Of a stretch of DNA of 64,000 nucleotides, positions 19,898 to 27,968 are shown in pieces; within the stretch, counting starts at the first letter, position 1; the number at the start of each line of letters is the position of its first letter. The stretch covers positions 13,915-77,914 of the forward strand of contig JBILDU010000002.1 of assembly GCA_044352465.1 (NCBI GenBank), written 5' to 3'. Source of the DNA: Bdellovibrionota bacterium. GTDB lineage: Bacteria; Bdellovibrionota_C; UBA2361. The notes beneath the pieces are model-generated. The model worked only from the letters and a program-made list of their open reading frames with translations, was not told where the DNA came from and searched no databases. Position numbers and translations under genes: made by a program.

Positions 19898-20456
19898 AGG
19901 GAGACTATACCTGATTCAGGCCGAAAGGCACCGATTCGTGGGACGGTGTTTTTCGAAAAAGGAGGTATCCAGGCGAGCTCCGCGACTTGGTGGGTGGTGG
20001 GAGCCTCTGCGGTAGCTGATGATGAAGTCCGCTGGTAGACGCCGCATGCGCCGACTGTGGGGTTGGGCTATAGCGGGCTTAGATCTCCCAAGATGAGGAG
20101 GTAAAGAAGCGCCGCTATATCGCTACAGAACACAAAAAAAGCGATGAAGAGCACCTTGGTCATGCCACACCTCTTCTGGGGGTATCGGAGGGGAAAGGGG
20201 GGCGCTTCACAAAATGGCTCTCTTTCAGCTCCCGCATTGGTGCTTCGAGTGTAAGTATTTAGATTTCAATATTTTCTTCGGCGGCTTGTTAGCTTCAAGT
20301 TAAGCGGGGGTGCCCCAAAACTCCGGGAAAAAAGGGTCGAGTGGGGGGACTTCTGACCCGGTGAAAGTCAGGTAAATTTATAAAAATGTTGCTTTTTTGG
20401 GGTATTTCACGTTAACTCTCCCGTGTTCGCCGTTTGTATAACTTCAGGAGTCTTTT

Positions 20457-20768
20457 GTGAACATCTATGTAGGAAACCTGCCCTACGGGGTTTCAGAGGG
20501 GGACCTTCGGTCGCTCTTCGAGCAGTTTGGTGCCGTCACCTCAGCAACTATTATTAAGGACAAATTCACCGGAGACTCGAAGGGTTTCGGTTTTGTCGAG
20601 ATGAGCGATGCCGATGCGCAAGCTGCGATCGATAATCTGAACGGAACTGAGTTCAAAGGCCGTTCTCTCACCGTGAACCAGGCTCGTCCGAAGACGGACG
20701 GACCGGGTGGTGGTGGTCCTCGCCGGGGAGGCCCCGGTGGCGGACAAGGTGGTGGTCGCCGTTTCTAG
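20457..20768 (+). CDS. RRM-type RNA-binding protein with Gly/Arg-rich tail
   Basis: GTG start 6 nt after an AGGAG RBS. RNP2 IYVGNLPY and RNP1 KGFGFVEM. C-terminal GPGGGGPRRGGPGGGQGGGRRF. Confidence 0.9.
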   Translation: MNIYVGNLPYGVSEGDLRSLFEQFGAVTSATIIKDKFTGDSKGFGFVEMSDADAQAAIDNLNGTEFKGRSLTVNQARPKTDGPGGGGPRRGGPGGGQGGGRRF

Positions 20769-20788
20769 CTCCACCGCTCCGATAAAAA

Positions 20789-20816
20789 GAGGCTCCCCAG
20801 GGAGCCTCTTTTTTTT
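20789..20816 (+). terminator. intrinsic terminator of the RRM gene
   Basis: GAGGCTCC-ccag-GGAGCCTC hairpin followed by TTTTTTTT. Confidence 0.75.
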
Positions 20817-20904
20817 GTTTCCTCTGTTGGCGGGGGTATGAAAAAAAGGTCTGATTTTTGACAAGAAGTGGTTTTAAGAATGGGCGCCGGCCCATCTTTG
20901 AATC

Positions 20905-21498
20905 GTGCCATCCCCGGTGCGGCTTGAAGTGGTTTTTGAGCTACCCTCAAGTGTGCTAGCGTTGCTTACTTTCAGCATGATTATCAATCCACTCCCACCA
21001 ACTGCTCACCGAAGCGCCCGACCGGAAGATGTCGTGATCGATACGGTCGTGGTCCATTCGATGGCTCATCCCGAGGCTCCGACCCCTGAGGAGCTCATGA
21101 GTTGTGTGGAGAGGTTGAGCGATTACGCAGTATCCGCCCACTATTTTATCGAGCGGTCGGGAGGGGTTTGGTGCTTGGTGCCTCCCGAGGAGTGTGCGTG
21201 GCATGCTGGAGTCAGTCGGATGCCCTCGCCTGATCAGCGCGAGCGCTTAAACGATTTCAGCATCGGCATCGAATTGATCGCCTTACCGGAGAACGCCTTC
21301 ACGGACGCCCAATATCGAGCGCTGGGGGAGCTCCTCTTTGAACTCTACAACCGATTTCCGATTCGTTTCGTGGTAGCGCATAGCGATGTAGCGATGCCGC
21401 CCGGGAGAAAGACCGATCCCGGGGGGCTATTTTCCTGGGAGCGGGTAATCGCGGAGGTCTCACCACTTGCCCCGCAGCTCACCTTCCCAGGACGATGA
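20905..21498 (+). CDS. N-acetylmuramoyl-L-alanine amidase (Amidase_2/PGRP fold, AmpD/AmiD-like)
   Basis: VVHSMAH…AWHAGVS…VVAHSDVAMPPGRKTDPG, the classic AmpD RKxDPG zinc-site motif. The N-terminus may start at the internal ATG at 20977. Confidence 0.8.
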   Translation: MPSPVRLEVVFELPSSVLALLTFSMIINPLPPTAHRSARPEDVVIDTVVVHSMAHPEAPTPEELMSCVERLSDYAVSAHYFIERSGGVWCLVPPEECAWHAGVSRMPSPDQRERLNDFSIGIELIALPENAFTDAQYRALGELLFELYNRFPIRFVVAHSDVAMPPGRKTDPGGLFSWERVIAEVSPLAPQLTFPGR

Positions 21499-21533
21499 TT
21501 CGGATGACGGTTGGGGATAGTTCGTCGCCTCAG

Positions 21534-22391
21534 CTATTGCAAGAGACGGAGCGCCACTTGCGGTTGAAGGTTCGCCTGCGCGAGAACCGCTTGGGCTGAT
21601 TGCTGAAGCACCTGTAAGCGGACCATGTTGGCGACCTCCTCAGCGACGTCGACATCGCGGATACGACTCTCCGCGGCGATGAAGTTTTCTCGCGCGACGG
21701 AAAGGTAATTAATCGCGCTCGACAAACGACTCTCGACCGCGGCGATAGTCCCACGCGTCGACGTTAATGAAAGTATCGCGTTTTGAATACTACTCACCGC
21801 GGTAGTCGCCGCCGTCTGCGAGAAGGCTATTGATGTTGAGATGATCGATACCGTGAGTTCGCTGGAAGCGTTGCCGATGCCGAGCGAGCTGAGTGTGCCT
21901 AAAACTCCGCTAATCGTGATCCGTGAATCAGCAGAGCCGGTGAGCCCAACCTGCAACGTAATGCTCGAGGAGTTCGATAGAAGGTTGAACGTATTAAAAA
22001 CGGTAGCTCGGGAGATCCGGTCTATCTCTGATCCGAGGGCGATAAATTCAGACGAGAGGGCCGAGCGCTGCGCTTGAGTAAAGACTCCGTTGGCGCTTTG
22101 CTGGGCGAGTTCAAGCATGCGATTGAGAATCGTATTGACCTCCCCGAGAGCCGCATCCGCTATCGAAGTGATAGAGATCCCGTCGTTGGCGTTTCGGATA
22201 GCGACTGAGGCGAGTCGGGCGTCGGCGCGGAGGTTGTCCGCGAGCGCTAAGCCAGCCGGGTCGTCGGAAGCAGAGTTAATCCGCAGACCTGACGAGAGAC
22301 GTTGAAAAGAAAGGCTGAGCCTATTCGTGGTGAGACCGAGTTGTCTTTGAGCGCGAACCGAGTCAATCGCACTCGCAATTGAAAGAGACAT
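21534..22391 (-). CDS. fliC: flagellin (FliC/Hag family, short 285-aa form with D0/D1 only)
   Basis: N-terminal RLSSGLRINSASDDPAGLALADNL and RNANDGISI. C-terminal DVDVAEEVANMVRLQVLQQSAQAVLAQANLQPQVALRLLQ. Both are hallmark flagellin N- and C-domains. GGTGA RBS upstream. Confidence 0.9.
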   Translation of the reverse strand: MSLSIASAIDSVRAQRQLGLTTNRLSLSFQRLSSGLRINSASDDPAGLALADNLRADARLASVAIRNANDGISITSIADAALGEVNTILNRMLELAQQSANGVFTQAQRSALSSEFIALGSEIDRISRATVFNTFNLLSNSSSITLQVGLTGSADSRITISGVLGTLSSLGIGNASSELTVSIISTSIAFSQTAATTAVSSIQNAILSLTSTRGTIAAVESRLSSAINYLSVARENFIAAESRIRDVDVAEEVANMVRLQVLQQSAQAVLAQANLQPQVALRLLQ

Positions 22392-22632
22392 ACTTCACCA
22401 ATTCCATCTGGTTCAGTGGCGACATCAATTGCCGCTGTAGAGGGGGTGACGGCAATAAGGGAGCAACCCATAAGGAACTGTATCTCTTTTTTCAGGGACG
22501 CTTGAGATTACAGTGGGGAAAAGACAGCAAGAAGTGTGTTTTTAGGTAGTTATGCTTTTGGGCCGAAATGAGCGCCCCCCAAAAGGGGAAGTTCTCGAAA
22601 GGGTGGGTAAATGGTTTCAGCTTCCCGAGAGG

Positions 22633-23550
22633 TTACGGCTCGTTCGGATCGAGTACCCGACTCATCGTGCCATCGCAATCGAGCAGAAACTCCTCGCCCC
22701 CCACTTTGATTCGCCCGCTCTTACAGGTGCTGCGCGCTCTGCCTTGCGGTTTATTTTGAGCGAGATCGGCTTGATCAATCTCGGTCACGGGGCTGCCGAT
22801 GTCGTCGTCAGCCGAGCGCATGATCAAACTCAAACGACCAAGCTGGCGCGCCGTCGTGATCTGAAGCGCATCTTTCGGTGAGACGTCGAGAGTAATCGTG
22901 CGACTGGTACGCCGGCTCCGTGAATCGACCCCGAGATCGGAGCGGTCGGCCGCTGTGCTTGTGTCTCCCCCGTAGGAGAGTACCCGCGCGTTTTGAACGA
23001 TAACCTTTGACACGAGCTGCCCGTTCTCCTGGAAAGTCAGAACGACGTCGACTTTCGTCCCCGGTAAGGCGTGTCCCTCGAGTCCCGCAGTTTCATCCAC
23101 CTCGATCGATACCGCGCGATTGCGTGGGGTCAGAGCGAGAGAGGTGGTGAGCCCTTCGCGGCTCAGGTGCATGCGTTGGAGTGGAACGCCAGGTGAAAGC
23201 TCCGTTTTGGCGTAAAGATTGTGTAGTTCGGAGATATCTCGAATGGCGCCGTCCGGAACTTGGGAGCGGGGCCACAGGACCTCTTTGAAACGAATTTCGC
23301 TGAGCTTCGACCCGGCGCGAACCGTTCGCTCCGGAGTGAGCAGAGCTACGGTGCCGAGATTTCCTACCGGTGCAGCGACGTTCTCAGGAGCCGCTGAACG
23401 AGCGTTTGCATCGCTGCGGAAATTGAAGACGACGATAAGAATAACGAGAAGAGAAAAGGCGAGTCCGAGAGCAGCGATAAAAAGAAGTCGCTCTCGGTCG
23501 TTCGATTTTCCACCCATTGTGGGTGAGTACCTACCAAACTTCGTGCTCAT
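22633..23550 (-). CDS. cpaB: Flp/Tad pilus assembly protein CpaB/RcpC family (N-terminal TM anchor, SAF domain, RcpC beta-domain)
   Basis: TM segment LLFIAALGLAFSLLVILIVVF. SAF-like LLTPERTVRAGSKLSEIRFKEVLWP. RcpC-type NRAVSIEVDETAGLEGHALPGTKVDVVLT…VQNARVLSYGG…ITLDVSPKDALQITTARQLGRLSLIMRS. Extra Cys-containing C-terminal tail. FlgA is less likely because there is no cleavable signal peptide and the GRLSL motif is present. Confidence 0.75.
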   Translation of the reverse strand: MSTKFGRYSPTMGGKSNDRERLLFIAALGLAFSLLVILIVVFNFRSDANARSAAPENVAAPVGNLGTVALLTPERTVRAGSKLSEIRFKEVLWPRSQVPDGAIRDISELHNLYAKTELSPGVPLQRMHLSREGLTTSLALTPRNRAVSIEVDETAGLEGHALPGTKVDVVLTFQENGQLVSKVIVQNARVLSYGGDTSTAADRSDLGVDSRSRRTSRTITLDVSPKDALQITTARQLGRLSLIMRSADDDIGSPVTEIDQADLAQNKPQGRARSTCKSGRIKVGGEEFLLDCDGTMSRVLDPNEP

Positions 23551-23953
23551 AGAGCTTCTTTTTCTCCCCGTGCAAAGACCGGCGCGTTAACCTTCATGGC
23601 GATGCGACGGAAAAGCTTCCCCTCGACAAGCAATCGCGTCAGGACACGTTGGCGCGGGGATAAAACTCACGCCTTGTTCATCCTCCGAGCGCTGCGCGCT
23701 TACGACACGCACCTCCGGCAAGGCTGCGAATTTATTTTTCACAACATCCCAAGAGCCGGCTTCTCTTTGATGGTAAGTCTACCCGGTTTGGCTATACACC
23801 TGGTATCCCTAACACTCTAAATTCGTTATCGTATGTTTGATATGGAAACTTAAGGACGGAGCGTCGTTGCGGGTTAAGAGCGAGTCACGCCACAGGGGGC
23901 GTGCCCGTTTCGCTCCCGGGAGGTTATGCTCCTACGAGTTTTTTGGAGGCGGT

Positions 23954-24457
23954 ATGGTTGAGCGCGATATGGTGAAAGTCCGAGGCATCCGTTTTGTCGG
24001 TTGCGCCGTCCTCCTCACCTCTTTATGGGGGTGTTTCTCTGGTAATACGTCGTTTCAATCACCCGAGGTGCGGAGCTCAGAAAGAAGTGCCCAAAAAGCA
24101 AAGGGCGAGAGTCGGGGGGAGCGTGAGCAACTTCAGCCCGCTCCGGACTCTTCAGCAGAGCGGAGTTCGATAGAGATCTTGTGGGAGTTACCCGCTGAGC
24201 CGATCGACGGTTTTACGGTGCGGTACGGCGAATCGCATGAGGCGTTAACCACGGAGCGGCGGTTGGCGGTGAGCGAGGTGGAAAAGGTGGAGGATCCGGT
24301 TCGCGGCAAACTTTATCGCTACGTCATCCCCGATATTCCGAATTCGCAACGTCTATTTGTCAGTATTAGCGCCTTTAAAGGTGAAACCGAATCGACCCCT
24401 TCGAGGGTCTTCGAGGTGGCCCCGGGTATGCCTGAACGTCGCGGGGGGGAGCGATAG
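23954..24457 (+). CDS. secreted/lipoprotein-like hypothetical with fibronectin-III-like domain
   Basis: GGAGG RBS then MVERDMVKVRGIRFVGCAVLLTSLWGCFSG signal. The C-terminal half resembles an FN3 fold (…GFTVRYGES…YRYVIPDIP…FVSISAFKGETES…). Confidence 0.5.
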   Translation: MVERDMVKVRGIRFVGCAVLLTSLWGCFSGNTSFQSPEVRSSERSAQKAKGESRGEREQLQPAPDSSAERSSIEILWELPAEPIDGFTVRYGESHEALTTERRLAVSEVEKVEDPVRGKLYRYVIPDIPNSQRLFVSISAFKGETESTPSRVFEVAPGMPERRGGER

Positions 24458-24630
24458 TCATTACCTCAGACTGGGGTGGCTTGCGCCCGTGATGGAGGTG
24501 GTGAAGGGGCTATGTAACGTTGCGCTCCTATAGGTTTTCTGGCAAATCAACTTTACGAGCTGCGGTCGAAGAAGGCTTCTGACGGACGCTCAAAAGCTGA
24601 ATAAGCATCAGTCCTTTAATTATAAAAAAT

Positions 24631-25368
24631 ATGATAGAAGTCGAGCATTTAGCCAAAAAATACGGTGACTATACCGCGGTGAGCGATGTGTCGTTTACAG
24701 CTCAGCGTGGCGATGTGGTCGGCTTTCTCGGTCCCAACGGGGCGGGCAAGACGACATCGATTCGGATGTTGGTGACTTATCTCCCCGCAACCTCGGGTCG
24801 AGCGCGTATTGCGGGTTTCGATGTTGCCTCGGCAGCGGATGAGGTGCGGCGCCGGATCGGGTATCTCCCTGAAACGCCGCCGCTCTACGGTGAGATGAAG
24901 GTACGTGAGTACCTCCGCTTCGTCGGGCGGATCAAGGGAATAGCTGCGGATCGGCTCGAGAGTAGTGTCGACGATGCGATGGCACGGTGTTTTGTGAGCG
25001 ATGTCGCGGACAAGCTGTGCCAACACCTGTCGCGCGGATACCGCCAGCGGGTGGGGCTCGCTCAAGCGATCATTCACAACCCCGAAGTGATTATCCTCGA
25101 TGAGCCGACGAGTGGGCTTGACCCGAAGCAGATTATTCAAATTCGGCAGATGATTAAGTCGCTCGCCGAGAATCACACGGTCGTTTTGAGCACTCATATT
25201 CTCGCCGAAGTCACCATGGTCTGCAGCAAAGTTGTCATCGTCAATCGGGGTCGCTCGGTTCTTGAGGGGGCGTTGAGCGAGGTTACCGCGACCCATTCCC
25301 TCGAGCAGGTGTTTATGGAGTGTGTCAGCGCCGAGGAGCGGGAGCTTGCCGTTGGAGGAGCTGTGTAA
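24631..25368 (+). CDS. ABC transporter ATP-binding protein (ABC-2/GldA-like)
   Basis: Walker A GPNGAGKTT, signature LSRGYRQRVGLAQA, Walker B IILDEPTSGLD. Confidence 0.9.
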   Translation: MIEVEHLAKKYGDYTAVSDVSFTAQRGDVVGFLGPNGAGKTTSIRMLVTYLPATSGRARIAGFDVASAADEVRRRIGYLPETPPLYGEMKVREYLRFVGRIKGIAADRLESSVDDAMARCFVSDVADKLCQHLSRGYRQRVGLAQAIIHNPEVIILDEPTSGLDPKQIIQIRQMIKSLAENHTVVLSTHILAEVTMVCSKVVIVNRGRSVLEGALSEVTATHSLEQVFMECVSAEERELAVGGAV

Positions 25369-26144
25369 TGGGTAACGTGATTGCGATTTTTAAGCGCGAA
25401 GTTTTGTCGCTCTTTGTTTCCCCGGTGGTATATTTCGTGACCGCGGGTTTCGCCCTTCTGGGGGGCTATTTTTTCTTTAACTTGCTGGGGATTTTTAACC
25501 TCATCCTCCAACGCTACTCGGCGATGCCGTTCCAAATGCCCGGAACGAATCTGCCCAACCTCAATCAGTGGGTAATCGAGGGGTTCTATCAGACGTTACT
25601 GGTCGTGCTTGTCTTTCTTATCCCGCTCCTCACGATGCGAACGATCGCTGAAGAGAAGCGCCGCGGTACCTTTGAGCTACTCATTACATCGCCGGTGTCG
25701 GTTGGTCAGATCGTCTGGGGCAAGTTTCTCGGTGTTGCTTTCGTCGTGATGCTGATGTTGTCACTGACGCTGGTATTTCCGCTGTTGTTGTGGTGGTACG
25801 GCAATCCAGAGGTGCCCCCGATCTTTACCGGTTTCCTCGGACTCTCGGCCTGTGCCCTTGGTTTTGCGAGTATCGGTATGGCTGTCTCCTCTTTTACGGA
25901 GAATCAGATCGTGGCGGGGGTGGCGAGCATGGTGACGTTGCTGCTCCTGTATGTCATCAACTCGCCGGCTGAGTCGATGAGCGGTCCAGCAGCGGCGGTG
26001 TTGAACTATCTCTCGCCGGTGATGCAGGTGCGCGATTTGCTGCGAGGGGTCGTGACCATCGGAAGCTTGACGTATTTCGGGAGTATGATCGCGCTCGGTT
26101 TGTTTGTGTCGATGCGGGCGCTCGATGCGCAGCGTTGGCGCTAG
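25368..26144 (+). CDS. ABC-2 family permease (GldF-like)
   Basis: Start overlaps the ATPase stop (TAATG) after a GGAGGAG RBS. Six predicted TM helices. Confidence 0.8.
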   Translation: MGNVIAIFKREVLSLFVSPVVYFVTAGFALLGGYFFFNLLGIFNLILQRYSAMPFQMPGTNLPNLNQWVIEGFYQTLLVVLVFLIPLLTMRTIAEEKRRGTFELLITSPVSVGQIVWGKFLGVAFVVMLMLSLTLVFPLLLWWYGNPEVPPIFTGFLGLSACALGFASIGMAVSSFTENQIVAGVASMVTLLLLYVINSPAESMSGPAAAVLNYLSPVMQVRDLLRGVVTIGSLTYFGSMIALGLFVSMRALDAQRWR

Positions 26145-26307
26145 GGTGTCTGTCTCCGCCGGCCGGCCATGTCGCGCGCCTCTGGGTTGGGCTGCACGAC
26201 GTTCTCAAAGCGGCGGCGGCGCGGAGCTCGCACCGACCTCGGCCGCGGCTGATTTTTGAAGTGACGTTACGTCAATAACAAGGTGACTCGTTAAGATTGA
26301 GCGGCGT

Positions 26308-27930
26308 ATGAGTAAATGGATTCGGTTCTCGGGTATTCTCGGCGGGGTGCTCGTTCTCTTCGGTATCTTGGGTGGTCTCATCGCGGAGGAATACGATTCC
26401 CCCCTGATCGCGGGTCATCTCATTCTCGGAGTGATCTGTTTGGGGGCTTGGCTTTTCGCCTCCGGCACTCGTGGAGTCGCCTCAGCAGGGGCGGTGCTCA
26501 AAGGTCGGTCGGCTCGATTCGGCGCCAATGTCGTGATCTACACCGGTGTATTTGTCGGTGTTCTCGTGGCGCTCAATTGGATTGTGCACCGACACGATCG
26601 CCGGTACGACTTCACCGAAGAGGGGGTCTATAGTCTCGCGCCCCAATCTCGCGACCTCGTGAAGGGATTGCAGCAGTCGCTGAAAATCGTCGGATTTCTT
26701 GTCGGCGACGATCCTGGTCAGGAGAATCAGTTGCGCGATCTCTTTGCGCGCTTTAAGGAAGCCAACCTTGAGCGCGTGACCACGGAGGTGGTGGATCCTC
26801 GGGCAAAGCCGCACCTCGTTCAGACCTACGGCATGAAGCCGGGTAATGTCGTGTATCTGGAGCTGGGTGATGGTGAAGCGAAGGCAACGAGTCGAATTAA
26901 CGAGTCGTCCGAGGAGGGGATTACGAACGCCATCCTGAAGCTTACCCGGGGAGCGGCGAAGAAACTCTATGTGGTGCAGGGGCACGGGGAGCCGGATATT
27001 ACGGCGAACGATCCGACCGGGCTCAAGGGGTTTGCTGATGCGATTGGGGACGAGCATCTGACCTTGGCGGGACTTATTCTTGGGCAACACAGCAAGATTC
27101 CTGAGGATGCTGCCGGAGTTCTTTTGATTTCGCCCAAGAAGCCGTTACTCGCGGAGGAGCGGCAGCTGCTCATTGACTACGTGGAGGGTGGGGGCAGGCT
27201 GCTGTTAATGGCCGACCCGCGGACCACCGAGGATGTGCGGACGATCGCCGCCCATTTCAAGATCGAAGTCGGTAACGACGTTATCATCGATCAGATTCAG
27301 CGGTTGTTCGCAGCTCCGGCTCTCGGTGTTCAGCCTATCGTGACGACCTACGCACCTCATCCGCTCACCCGGAACATGTCGGAGCGTGAGGTCACCGTAT
27401 TCAATCTGGCGTCCTCAATTCGTTCGGTCGGCACGAGTGATGCCACGACAACGTGGACCGATCTTGCAAAGACCGGTCTCACGGCGTGGGCGGAGAGAAA
27501 CTTAGAGCAGCTATTTGACGCTCCGGAAGCAGCGGCGGTGCGCGATCCTGAGGACCTCGTAGGGCCAGTAACTATCGCAGCGGCGTATGAGCGTAAGCTC
27601 GACGGGGAGAAGCCCGCAAATGAGGGGGGTGAAGCCGGCGGAGATGATTTCCGTAAAGTTGCCCGCGTTGTTGTTTTCGGGGATTCCGACTGGATCCTGA
27701 ATGCGAATCTGGCGGTATATTCGAATCGTGATTTTGCCCTGAACGCCGTCAACTGGCTCGTCGGCGAGGAGGGGGGCGTGACGATTCGTCCGCGACAGAT
27801 GCGTGTCTCTCTTGCGCCGATGTCACAAGAGACTTTCGTGTGGCTATTGATTTCGAGCTTCCTCGTTCCTGAGCTCATTTTGCTTGTGGGCCTGGCAGTG
27901 TGGTGGCGGCGTAAGTCGGTTGCCGCCTAG
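26308..27930 (+). CDS. GldG-like ABC-transporter-associated protein (N- and C-terminal TM anchors, large periplasmic domain)
   Basis: 540 aa. TM segments at both ends (…WLLISSFLVPELILLVGLAVWW). This architecture and its position after the ABC-2 permease are typical of the GldG/ABC-type uncharacterised transport system family. Confidence 0.7.
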   Translation: MSKWIRFSGILGGVLVLFGILGGLIAEEYDSPLIAGHLILGVICLGAWLFASGTRGVASAGAVLKGRSARFGANVVIYTGVFVGVLVALNWIVHRHDRRYDFTEEGVYSLAPQSRDLVKGLQQSLKIVGFLVGDDPGQENQLRDLFARFKEANLERVTTEVVDPRAKPHLVQTYGMKPGNVVYLELGDGEAKATSRINESSEEGITNAILKLTRGAAKKLYVVQGHGEPDITANDPTGLKGFADAIGDEHLTLAGLILGQHSKIPEDAAGVLLISPKKPLLAEERQLLIDYVEGGGRLLLMADPRTTEDVRTIAAHFKIEVGNDVIIDQIQRLFAAPALGVQPIVTTYAPHPLTRNMSEREVTVFNLASSIRSVGTSDATTTWTDLAKTGLTAWAERNLEQLFDAPEAAAVRDPEDLVGPVTIAAAYERKLDGEKPANEGGEAGGDDFRKVARVVVFGDSDWILNANLAVYSNRDFALNAVNWLVGEEGGVTIRPRQMRVSLAPMSQETFVWLLISSFLVPELILLVGLAVWWRRKSVAA

Positions 27931-27968
27931 CTCCCCCGGGGACGCTCTCTTTTCGGAGGTATCACCGT

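Noticed and set aside
22552-22881. 109-aa plus-strand ORF starting with the ATG inside the repeated 18-nt motif
   Set aside because: Lies antisense to the 3' end of the cpaB-like gene. The second copy of the motif has no ATG, so the motif is not a conserved start context.
24649-27090. Minus-strand ORFs of 215 and 202 aa inside the ABC ATPase and gldG-like genes
   Set aside because: Antisense to genes with clear Walker and ABC motifs. No features.
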